Of a stretch of DNA of 64,000 nt, positions 9,734 through 19,400 are shown piece by piece (the stretch's first letter is position 1; the number at the start of each line of letters is the position of its first letter). Made by a program: the position numbers and the translations under genes. Source of the stretch: a virus; IMG/VR virus record IMGVR_UViG_3300010403_000002, positions 1 through 64,000 of that record. One strand, written 5' to 3'. The notes under the pieces are model-generated. The model was not told where the DNA came from, ran no database searches, and saw only the letters and a list, made by a program, of their open reading frames with translations.

Positions 9734-11746
9734 ATGCGTAAATCTATCATCATTCTGAGCCTGTTATGTGCGCTCTGCTTGAACGTCCACGCGCAAAAAG
9801 TCACCTACACGGCGGGCAAGATCGAGTATGTGAATCACGACCCGACGGGCGAAGCCTGCCAGCGTGACGCCGCGCGCAAGACCGTTGACGGAGTAGTTTA
9901 CACTTGCGCCAATGGTGTGTACGCGGCCATCGGCGGAGGCGGCGGAGGTTCGGGCACAGTCACCAACAGCGGCACGTTGACCTCTGGCAAGGCCATCATC
10001 GGCAATAGCGGTGTGCAGGTGAAGGCTAGCAAGCTGACCATCACCGACCCGGCAACGACGGCGACGCTCACCATTGCCGACAACAAGACCCTAACAGTCT
10101 CGAACACGCTCACCTTCACGGGCACCGATTCATCATCGGTAGCCTTTGGCGCGGGCGGCACGGTGCTGTACAGCGGCGGAGCACTCGGCACGCCGTCTTC
10201 CGGGACATTGACCAGCGCCACGGGCTTGCCCCTGACAACAGGCGTAACCGGTACGCTCCCGGTCGCCAATGGCGGGACAAATCTCACTGCCGCCGCTGAC
10301 GATAATGTAATGGTGGGCAACGGCACGACCTGGCAGACGAAGGCGCTCACTGACTGTCAAGATTCGAGCGGCAATCACCTTAATTACAACGCCACTACCA
10401 ACGCCTTCTCCTGCGGCACGAGCAGCAGCGGGAGCGGTCTGACGATCAATACGTCCACCATTACGGGCGGCACGACCACGCGCCTGCTCTTTGATAATGC
10501 GGGGACGGTGGGCGAGATCTCGGGGCTTACGTCAAACGGCTCGACCACGCTGGTGCAGACCAGTAACGCCGCCGCCGCCTTCGAGTCTGGCCCGAATGGC
10601 TCGACCAACCCGGTCTTCCGTCTCGTCAACAACACAGCGAGTGCGGCCACCGGCCTCTCTATTACCGGCAACGCTGCCGGCTCGGGTGTGACGCTGACGG
10701 CTCTGTCCTCTGGCTCCAATGACAGCATCAATATCGTCTCAAAGGGAACGGGGGGGGTGCGTGTCAACAGTGGCGTGCTTACCACCATTGTAAGCGAGGT
10801 TAATAACTTTTCCGTTGGCACGCCGAATGGTGCGCGCGTGGTGGTTGGCGATTTTAGTGCTGGCACGCCAGTGCTATGGGTGCAGAATGCTGCCGCTACC
10901 GTGACGGGCTATGTCGGCCACATTGACGGCTCGAACAACATAGTATTTGGGTCTTTTACCGCCCATCCGGTGGTCGTCAAGCAAAATAACGTGACGGCGC
11001 TGACGATTGACACCAGCGCCAACTTTGGCTTCGGGACGGCCACCTTCGGTACATCGGCGGCAAAGGTGCTAGCCCTTGCCAGTGGCACAGCGCCGACTTC
11101 GCAGCCCGCCGACATAGTGCAGGTGTGGTCTTCCGATTTCGCGGCTGGCGATGCCCGGCTGCGCGTCCTGAGTGAGTCCGGCGCACGCATCAGCCTTGGC
11201 AATAATGCGCTTGTCTTCGCCACGGGCACGACTGACGACACTGGTATCAAGCGCGTGGCGGCGACGGTCACAGGGTTCACTGATGGCGGAACCTCGAACC
11301 TGGGCTGGTATCAGTGGGCGGGTGAGTGCTTCCTGGCGGCAGATGCGACCAGCACGAGCGCCACGCTGGCCAATCTCTCCGGCTGCACGATCTCTGGCCT
11401 AGTCAGTGGGCGCAAGTACACCTTCGAGGCGAAGCTGTTCGCTAGCAACAGCGTAGCAGGCGAAGGCGTCAAGATTGACTTTAACGGCGGCTCGGCGACG
11501 AGCACCAACTTCATTGCTCAGTGTGAGGGCTTGGACTCCACATTGACCATCAACACTCAAGTGTCAGCACTGAACACGGCATGCTCGGCGGCCACCTTCA
11601 CGGGCAATGGGTTCATCCGCGTGACTGGCTCGTTTGAGCCGTCCGGGAGTGGCACCTTCATCCTCCGCTTTGCCGAGAACAGTGCTTCGAGCGGTACGTT
11701 GACAGTGAAGCGCGGCAGTTCGATTCGGATGTACGACAGTCCTTGA
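9734..11746 (+). CDS. Fibre-like protein with signal peptide
   Basis: MRKSIIILSLLCALCLNVHA|Q; TLPVANGGT and LGTPSSGTLT fibre repeats; C-terminal C1q/BclA-like beta domain. Confidence 0.8.
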   Translation: MRKSIIILSLLCALCLNVHAQKVTYTAGKIEYVNHDPTGEACQRDAARKTVDGVVYTCANGVYAAIGGGGGGSGTVTNSGTLTSGKAIIGNSGVQVKASKLTITDPATTATLTIADNKTLTVSNTLTFTGTDSSSVAFGAGGTVLYSGGALGTPSSGTLTSATGLPLTTGVTGTLPVANGGTNLTAAADDNVMVGNGTTWQTKALTDCQDSSGNHLNYNATTNAFSCGTSSSGSGLTINTSTITGGTTTRLLFDNAGTVGEISGLTSNGSTTLVQTSNAAAAFESGPNGSTNPVFRLVNNTASAATGLSITGNAAGSGVTLTALSSGSNDSINIVSKGTGGVRVNSGVLTTIVSEVNNFSVGTPNGARVVVGDFSAGTPVLWVQNAAATVTGYVGHIDGSNNIVFGSFTAHPVVVKQNNVTALTIDTSANFGFGTATFGTSAAKVLALASGTAPTSQPADIVQVWSSDFAAGDARLRVLSESGARISLGNNALVFATGTTDDTGIKRVAATVTGFTDGGTSNLGWYQWAGECFLAADATSTSATLANLSGCTISGLVSGRKYTFEAKLFASNSVAGEGVKIDFNGGSATSTNFIAQCEGLDSTLTINTQVSALNTACSAATFTGNGFIRVTGSFEPSGSGTFILRFAENSASSGTLTVKRGSSIRMYDSP

Positions 11747-11800
11747 TGTGTCTCAGTCTTGAGCGCGTCCGCCTGGTTCCTCTTCTTACCTATATCTCAA

Positions 11801-13264
11801 ATGAAAAGACTTCTTGTTATTGCTAGTTTGTTGCTGGCCGCGCTGCCTGTGTGCGCGCAAGTGCCAGCCAACATCCAGGGCGCGACCGTGGGCGCACTCC
11901 CGACGGCCTCCGCTAATACGGGGAAGGTGTACGTCGTGACTGACGGTCTGACGGCGGGCGACTGTGCTGTGGGTGGTGGCTCGACGCGCGTCCTCTGCCG
12001 CTCGGATGGCTCTACGTGGACGGCGCTTGGTGATGGCAACACTGGCAGCGGCAATCCGTTCGCAGACTCGACGGCGATCATTAAAGGCAGTGGCGACGCC
12101 TCGAAGCTGTTGCGCATCGAGGTGGACGGCTTCACGTCAGGGCAGACGCGCGTAGTTACACCGCCCGACAGTGACACTAAGCTGCCGATTGCCGATCAGT
12201 TCTTAACCTTCACGGGGCCGACCGCCGCACGCACCTACACGATGCCCGATGCGAATCGGACGCTTACCAGCACGGCGGATAATCTCTCAGTATTTGCGGC
12301 GACGACCTCCGCGCAGTTGCGGGGCGTGCTGAGTGACGAGGTTGGGAGCGGGGCAGCAGTCTTCGAGAACGCGAATGCGACGTTAGGCAATATTACGGTA
12401 AGTGGCTGTACGGGGTGTGGTGGCGGTGGCGCGTCTGACGGCTCTGGCACTGAATTACAACGCACTGATGGCGCGGGCGGGTTTGTGAAGGTAACAGGAA
12501 GCAGTGTGAGCGGTGGGGCGGTCACGCTAGCATCGCCGCTAACCATCGCTGACAATGCTGCCGTTATATCACTGAGCCTGACTACTACACACACGGTTGG
12601 CAGTTATTTGTCTTTTAATAGCGGCGGGTCGCGTTTGATAGGCAACACCGGAAGCGGTTCCGGTGTTGGCGCAGATAAGTTTAGTATATATGGTGGCAGC
12701 CATGTCTTTCTAGTTGATTTTGCAAGTGGTGTAACAGGCATCAACCAGACTGGTGCCTCGGCTCAGTTGCACGTAACTTCAGGTTCAGCGTCTCGCGTTA
12801 CCGCGATCTTCCAGGCTGCGGCAAGCGATTCAGTAGATAAAATTCAAGTGCAAGAAAGCGATGGCACTGTCAAGTTCGCAGTAGACAAAGACGGCAATGC
12901 CCTTATTGGCGCGGCTGGTTCGCCGTCCGCCAACGGCGGGAAGGTGCTAGCCTTCGGCGACAATGGTTCAACTAATCCCACGATGGCATCTAACACTGCG
13001 GGCATATTTGCTAAGGACGTGAGCGGCACGGTTGAGGCTTTTGCAGTGGACGAAGCCGGAAACTCAACGCAAATATCTCCTCATCGCCCTGGCACGGATC
13101 AATGGTACTTCTACAGTTGTAACTCACGCACTGGCCGCTGTGTTGAGGTGGATATGGAAAAGCTGGTCAGGACTGTAGAGAGTAAGCTAAACGTCAAGCT
13201 AATGAAGGAATGGTACGAACAGCCCAACTTGTTTCAACCACCTTCAGGGAGCGTGTACAAATGA
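11801..13264 (+). CDS. Fibre-like protein with signal peptide
   Basis: MKRLLVIASLLLAALPVCA|Q; LSDEVGSGAAVF and ARTYTMPD repeats. Confidence 0.8.
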   Translation: MKRLLVIASLLLAALPVCAQVPANIQGATVGALPTASANTGKVYVVTDGLTAGDCAVGGGSTRVLCRSDGSTWTALGDGNTGSGNPFADSTAIIKGSGDASKLLRIEVDGFTSGQTRVVTPPDSDTKLPIADQFLTFTGPTAARTYTMPDANRTLTSTADNLSVFAATTSAQLRGVLSDEVGSGAAVFENANATLGNITVSGCTGCGGGGASDGSGTELQRTDGAGGFVKVTGSSVSGGAVTLASPLTIADNAAVISLSLTTTHTVGSYLSFNSGGSRLIGNTGSGSGVGADKFSIYGGSHVFLVDFASGVTGINQTGASAQLHVTSGSASRVTAIFQAAASDSVDKIQVQESDGTVKFAVDKDGNALIGAAGSPSANGGKVLAFGDNGSTNPTMASNTAGIFAKDVSGTVEAFAVDEAGNSTQISPHRPGTDQWYFYSCNSRTGRCVEVDMEKLVRTVESKLNVKLMKEWYEQPNLFQPPSGSVYK

Positions 13265-13647
13265 AAAAGAATCTAGTTATTGTACTGTTACTCTGTTTCA
13301 GCCTAAATCCGTGGGCGTCTCGCGCGGGTGACATTGGCGGTGCGCGCGTAGTAACGCCCACGCCCGGTTCTACCGTCACTATCACAATTAGCACCGACGC
13401 CAGGCACACAATCGCAACCTGGACGGCTGCGGAGGCCGAGACCGTCAACGTCTCAGGTACGCCGCTGGATGGCGCAACAATGACCTGGATCATCGTAAAC
13501 GATGCCACATTGGGGCGTGTTATCACGTTAGGCACTGGCACACTCGGCATTGGTATCGTCACTGGCATTATCAGCAAGAAATCAACCATCGCCTTCGTCG
13601 CTTATGGTGGAACGTTCCATGAGACTGGACGGGCGGTTGGCCTGTAG
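13261..13647 (+). CDS. Small secreted beta-sandwich protein related to the C-terminal domain of 5784-7961
   Basis: Signal peptide; TPLDGATMTWIIVNDATLGRVIT resembles TPTDGRAITFILTEDGVGGRTIT. Confidence 0.7.
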   Translation: MKKNLVIVLLLCFSLNPWASRAGDIGGARVVTPTPGSTVTITISTDARHTIATWTAAEAETVNVSGTPLDGATMTWIIVNDATLGRVITLGTGTLGIGIVTGIISKKSTIAFVAYGGTFHETGRAVGL

Positions 13648-13660
13648 TATGGAGGACATA

Positions 13661-14071
13661 ATGTACAAATGGTTCAATGGTAAATGGCAGATGCGTATGC
13701 TGGCCTGTGTGATTGGCCTGGTGGTCGCGTTTAGCGGCGGCGCAATTACAGGGCAGGTTCCCACTAACACAATCCTGACTATCAAGAATGCCAACGGTGC
13801 GGTGCTCAGTGGCGTCACCTATCCTGATGCTTTCCTCATTGCCTTCAAAGACAGTGCATCAAAGACGGAAATGATTGATGCCTTTGCCTCAGCATACGGG
13901 TATCAGGCAACTATCAATGGCTCACCCAATCCGCAAACCAAATTATTATTTGCGGCAGAGAAGCTGAACGGGTACTTACGAGATATTTATAGAGCAGAGC
14001 AGATTAGGACGGCTGCCGCCACTGCCAGCGCGACTGCCGCCGCAACTGCCGATACGAAATTTCCACAATAG
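13661..14071 (+). CDS. Secreted hypothetical protein
   Basis: RBS GGAGG; hydrophobic signal ending AITG|QVP. Confidence 0.7.
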   Translation: MYKWFNGKWQMRMLACVIGLVVAFSGGAITGQVPTNTILTIKNANGAVLSGVTYPDAFLIAFKDSASKTEMIDAFASAYGYQATINGSPNPQTKLLFAAEKLNGYLRDIYRAEQIRTAAATASATAAATADTKFPQ

Positions 14072-14074
14072 CTT

Positions 14075-15286
14075 ATGAAACCAGCGATACAAGTTGTTAC
14101 TCTATGGTTTCTGCTTGGCGCGCTCGGAATGGCGCAGGTGCCAGAGAACCCTAAGCAGGTTATCGTTTCCGGCTTACCTAGTTCGGCGGCTGGCAAAGAC
14201 AAGGTGTATCTCGTTACCGACGCGAGCAGCACATCGGACTGCACGGTGGGCGGCGGCTCGTTGCGCGTCAAGTGCCTGTCCAACGGCTCGACCTGGCTCA
14301 GTCTGACGGCTGATTATGTTCCCAAGTCTGTACAGATCAACGGGAATACACTCAACACCGATGTCACGATCACCGACGCGAACCTCTCCACGTCGGATGT
14401 GACGACGAACAACGCCACAGCATCAAAGCACGGCTTCTTGATGAAGCTAAGTGGGTCATCGTCTGATGTGCTCAAAGGTGATGGCACTTGGGGCACGGTA
14501 AGCGGCGCGGCACATAATCTGCTTTCGTCCACGCACAGCGATACAACCACTGCCTCGGCAACGCGCGGCGATGGGCTGTTCGCGGTGGGCGCAACTCCAA
14601 CTTGGCAGCGGGTTGCCAAGCCCTCGGTTACTGGTGGCTATTTCAAGTGGAACGGCACTGATATAGTCGCGTCCACTCTGGCGGCAGCCGGGACAGGTTC
14701 TTGCACCAATCAGGTCGTCACGGCTGAGAATGCCGACGCTGCGCCGACTTGTACAACGCTCACGTCCAGCTATGTCAACACCTCGATTGCCCAAACCGGC
14801 GTTGACATAAACACCTCACATCAGGTCACAGCCACGCACTTATCCGCCGCGCTGCCCATTGCTCAAGGGGGAACAGCGAACACGACCGGCGTGCAGACCT
14901 ATGTGATGTTCAGCACGACAACAGCCCCGGCTTGTAGTAACGGCGGCGGCACTACGACATTCATCGGTATAAGTGGCGCGGGTAACACAACGGAAACGAG
15001 TGTGTCTCGCTACGTAGTACCCCTGGCTGGCACGGTGAAGAATCTTCGGGTGTGGTTGGGTGCTGGGGTTCCATCAAGTGAAAGTGCCGCCGCGAAGGTA
15101 GTTTTGAACGGCTCTGCTCAAGCAAATCCCACTTGTTCAATTGCTGCGGCTGGTACGACTTGCAATGATACGAGTAATACTCTCGCTGTTGTGGCAGGTG
15201 ACACGCTCAATGTCCAAATCAATTGCTCTGGTGGCACTAGCGCATTAAACGCACGAGCAGCAATCAGCTTTACGATTCAGCAATAA
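14075..15286 (+). CDS. Fibre-like protein with signal peptide
   Basis: MKPAIQVVTLWFLLGALGMA|Q; LPIAQGGT and LKGDGTW repeats; N-terminal module shared with 11801 protein. Confidence 0.8.
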   Translation: MKPAIQVVTLWFLLGALGMAQVPENPKQVIVSGLPSSAAGKDKVYLVTDASSTSDCTVGGGSLRVKCLSNGSTWLSLTADYVPKSVQINGNTLNTDVTITDANLSTSDVTTNNATASKHGFLMKLSGSSSDVLKGDGTWGTVSGAAHNLLSSTHSDTTTASATRGDGLFAVGATPTWQRVAKPSVTGGYFKWNGTDIVASTLAAAGTGSCTNQVVTAENADAAPTCTTLTSSYVNTSIAQTGVDINTSHQVTATHLSAALPIAQGGTANTTGVQTYVMFSTTTAPACSNGGGTTTFIGISGAGNTTETSVSRYVVPLAGTVKNLRVWLGAGVPSSESAAAKVVLNGSAQANPTCSIAAAGTTCNDTSNTLAVVAGDTLNVQINCSGGTSALNARAAISFTIQQ

Positions 15287-15301
15287 GGCAGAGACAACAC
15301 C

Positions 15302-16477
15302 ATGCCATTTTGGGACATATTCCGAAACGCAGGTCGGCGTGTGGGCGACTTGTTCGACGAAGAAGAATTGCTGCGGACGCCTGGCATCAATCCAGACGTG
15401 CAGCATCCGCTCCGCCGTCCGCTCATCAATCGCCCGCAGGCTTCCCCCGTGCTCGACGACGGCTTGCGCGACGATGCACCAATGGCGACACGTCCTCGCT
15501 TGGCCGTGCCACCTGCCGAGCTGGAGACGAGTCCGGCAACGCGACCGCGCACTGTTGCACCGCAAGCTGATTTCAACCCGCAGCCCGCGCTGGGCGCATC
15601 GCGCCCGCGCTTCGCGGACGAGTACGACAACACGCGCCACGAAGCGTTGCTCGGCTTGGACGAGAAGGCGCGACAACCGGGTGGACGGCGCAAACTGGCC
15701 TTGCAGAATGCGCTGCTTGGCGCGCTGAGCGGTATCGCCAATGCGTCGCGCAACCCTCACGCAGGCTGGCGCGAGATGTTGGCCGGGGCTGCGGGCGGAG
15801 CGGGAACCGCCGGGATCGTGAGCGCTGCGCGTCCCGACCTGGGCGCAAACCTGAATTGGGAAATGGTGGGCCGTCCGCGCTATGAGCAGGAGCGGGAGCG
15901 GCGCGACATTGAGAGCACGCGCGTGCTGAAGCGGCGCAAAGGAGAGGCCGAACTGGCGACGGAGGAGTCACAGCGCCGCAACTATGAAGACCAAATGACA
16001 ATGCGTGGGCGCGAGAGTAGCAGGCAGGATGAAGAACTCCGGCTGCGACAGCGGCAGACCGAGCAGCAACTCAAGCTCGAGCAAGCCAGGCTGGAAGCCG
16101 TCCAGCGTGGCACTCCCTCGCGGGTTGACCTCGAAGAAGACGATGGCACGGTGAGCACTTACAACATCTTCCCCGACGGCACACAGGTCTATTTAGGTAA
16201 AGCGGCGCGCGATCTCTACGAGCGCCGACAGGCGACGACCAGCCAGGCCAATACGCAGGCGCGCATCCAGGCAGGCGACCGCCGCACCGATAAGCAGATA
16301 GCTGCTGGTGATCGCCGGGCGCAGAGCCGGGCAACAGCCCCGCGAGCGTCAAGAGCTAAGCCTATAACATACGTCCCGCGCGCAGAGGTTGAGCAGTACG
16401 CCAAGGATCGCGGCAAGACCTTTGAACAAGCCCTGTCCGACTTGATGAATCTGGGCTACAGGCTGGCACCAAAGTAA
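15302..16477 (+). CDS. Putative internal virion/ejection protein
   Basis: G/A-rich hydrophobic segment plus coiled coil, directly upstream of the giant ejection-like ORF. Confidence 0.55.
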   Translation: MPFWDIFRNAGRRVGDLFDEEELLRTPGINPDVQHPLRRPLINRPQASPVLDDGLRDDAPMATRPRLAVPPAELETSPATRPRTVAPQADFNPQPALGASRPRFADEYDNTRHEALLGLDEKARQPGGRRKLALQNALLGALSGIANASRNPHAGWREMLAGAAGGAGTAGIVSAARPDLGANLNWEMVGRPRYEQERERRDIESTRVLKRRKGEAELATEESQRRNYEDQMTMRGRESSRQDEELRLRQRQTEQQLKLEQARLEAVQRGTPSRVDLEEDDGTVSTYNIFPDGTQVYLGKAARDLYERRQATTSQANTQARIQAGDRRTDKQIAAGDRRAQSRATAPRASRAKPITYVPRAEVEQYAKDRGKTFEQALSDLMNLGYRLAPK

Positions 16478-16482
16478 CAGTA

Positions 16483-19400
16483 ATGCCACAAGACGCTTTC
16501 GCACAATGGCGCGCGGAGCGGCGCAAGACGGGGAAGCCTGCACCAGCCCCGACTCCTTTGGATGATCTGACGGAGTTTGCGCGTGCGCGTGGCGCAACCG
16601 TCACGAGCACCAATCGTGGCCGCCACAATCCAGGCAGCGCGCATTACGACAACCGGGCGATTGATGTGCGCACACGCGACCGCTCGCCCGCCGAAGTCGA
16701 GGCGTTGATGAATGACGCTGAGTCTTCGGGTTATGCCGTGCGTGACGAACGGCAACGTCCGTCCGGTCAGCAGGTCTGGGGCGGGCCGCACTTGCACCTT
16801 GAAGCGCAGGAGCCGCCCGACGACTTTGCGCAGTGGCGCGCAGAACGGCAACGCCCGCAACCTCGCAATGAGCCGCAGATAGGCCCGCGCGTCGCACAGC
16901 CAGCGACCGCAACCGATCCCTTTGAGCGGCAGCAGCCTGTCAGCATCGGTGGCCGCCCGCTCGTCACCCCAACACAGCCAGTCAAGCTACCCGCTGTTAA
17001 TCTGCGTGAGGCGCGTCGCCAGGCTCGTGATTTTACCGTTCCGCCCGAGCTGCAATCTCCCACTCCCGAACAATTCCAGAACGAGTTACAAGCTACGCGC
17101 ATCCAGCGCGAGCAGGCACGGCAGGCCTATGTCGCACAGCAACAGGCCAAGGTCGCAGGGCAGGGCAGGCTCGCAGAAGCCGGGACACGCTTCGCGCGCA
17201 GCGCAGCTAAGTCAACCGTCGCCCCGTTGGAGATGATCGCTGCCAGCCAGCCGACGGAGATTGGCGAAGAGGCGGTGAGGCGAGCGTCCGGACTGCCGCA
17301 GCTCGATACCGCGCTTGATGAATACTTGCCGGTTGATCCGAGCAAGCGGATGACGGCCAATCCGCTTGACCCGGACTTCTACTCGGTCACGATCCCGGAG
17401 GTCGCGGGCAACGTTGTCCCGATGATCGCTACCGGTAAAGTGCTGCCAGGCGGGCTAGCCTCGCGACTTGGCGCGACGGCAACCGGGATGATGCAGGCTG
17501 GGGGGCAGGGCTACCGTGAAGCGCGCGAATCCGGGGCAACCCGCGAACAGGCTCAGCGCCACGCCGGAGCCGAAGGCGTGATCGCTACGACAGAGATGCT
17601 GGGCGGCCAGGCGGCGCTCGGCAGTGCAGTGCGTCCCGTGGCGCGCGAGGTCGCTAAGGACATTGCCAAGGACGTAGGCCAAGAGGCTTATCAGCAGTGG
17701 CTCTCGAACCTCAACGCGGCTGATTACTCGAAGATTGACCCGCAGCGCGGCGAGTTCGAGGACGTGCCAGTCAGCGCGGTGGGTGGCGCACTGGTCAGCG
17801 GCGGGATGAACGCTGCGCACGCTGGCGCGCAACGTTTTGCCGGGAATCGCGCACAGGCCAGAGACACCGCCACCGTGCAGCAAGAACCCCTCGCGCCGCC
17901 ACAGATGCAGCGCACGGGCCAGTTGCGACCCACGCAGGTTGTCCCGCGCGCACAATTGGAGATGGCAGCCAGGCAGGGCACAGCGCCGCAGGCTGCACCA
18001 CAAGCCGCACCAGGAGCCGAGGAAAACCCGCTCGAGGCCTTCTTGCGCGAGCGGACGGGGAAGCTGGCTGAAGTAGCGCCAGCCGCTGAAGTAGAGAAGC
18101 CCTTGAGTGCGATTGCGCGCCGCAAGCTCGCGCAGGAGCAAACACTGCGCGAACGTCAGACACAGGCTCAGCAGAGCAATATGGATGCTGCTGATCAGCG
18201 CGCGGAGATGCTGCGGCGCGGTGATCTGGCGGGCGCGGCTGACCTACTGGCCGGGGAACTGGAAGTCATCGGCACGCAGTTGAAGGATGCGCGCAAGCTG
18301 GGCGATGTTGAGATGCAGCGCCGCCTGGTGGTATCGCGGCAAGCTGCTGAGCGCCAATATGACGAATTGCAGGCGCAAATCAAGCAGCAACAGCGCGCTG
18401 TACGTCCCGTGGCTCCGCCCAAGGCTGCCAGGCCACCCAGAGTGCCGCCGAGCGCCGAGAACGAGCCTCCACAGGTACAGCAGCGGGCGAACGCGCCAAC
18501 GGCTGAAGCGCCGCAGCAATCGGGCAAACTGCTCCGCTCGGTGGTCAACCCCGAAGGCGGGGTGCCTGTCGTGCAGCGGGCGACGCCGAGTTTTGAGAAC
18601 CTGGCCGAGCGTGAGGGTCGTCGCGAGTTCAACAGCGAAGAACTGGAAGGGAATCGTAACCTCTGGCAGTTCGTGAAAAAGCAGGGTGGCGTGCAGCGCA
18701 GCGTCGCCAATCGGGGCGAGTTGAGCTATCTGGTCGGCAGGGAAGGCGGTGCGCCCGGTGTAGTGAGCGATGCCGGGCTGCCAGTGGACGAAATGCGGCG
18801 CTACGCGAATGAGGCAGGCTTTGGGCCTTACGAGACCGAAGACGACTTCTTGCAGGCGCTGCGGAGAGGCCGGAACGAGTTTTCAAACGCGCGCCGTGTG
18901 AGCCGCTCGCTGGCTGACGAAGAAGAGGCTTACTACAGACAGAAGGGAAGCGCGGCGATGGAAGCCCCGGAGTCACCATCGCCGCTGAGTCAATGGGAAG
19001 TCCGGCGACAGGCTGCGGAAGACAAGGCTGTCGACCTGCGCCAGCGCATGATGGATGTCAATGACCAATTAACGCAAGTTGCAGTTGGGCGAGCACGCCT
19101 CTCGGACAGCGAGCAAGAGAGGTTACAACATGACCACATCTACCTAAAGCAGCAATATGCAGAAGCTCAGCAACGATTGCGCGATCTCGAACAGGCAGAG
19201 CCAGGCGAGCACTCGCCCCATATGCAACAAGAGGCTGAGTCCTTAGCGGGTGTAGTGTTTACACCCAGTAAGCCCGCCGAACAAATGACGCGGGCTGAAT
19301 GGGAAGCGCAGCCTGCAGACTGGAAGCGCAAGAACGACCATGAACTTGCCATCATCAAAGCCCTGAAGCACGGCCAGTCTGTCCCTGGTGAGGTCTTGGC

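Noticed and set aside
1-15286. Diversity-generating retroelement or invertible shufflon acting on the fibres
   Set aside because: No reverse transcriptase, adenine-mutated TR/VR pair, invertase or inverted crossover repeats were seen in this window. The fibre similarities are short and mostly at protein level.
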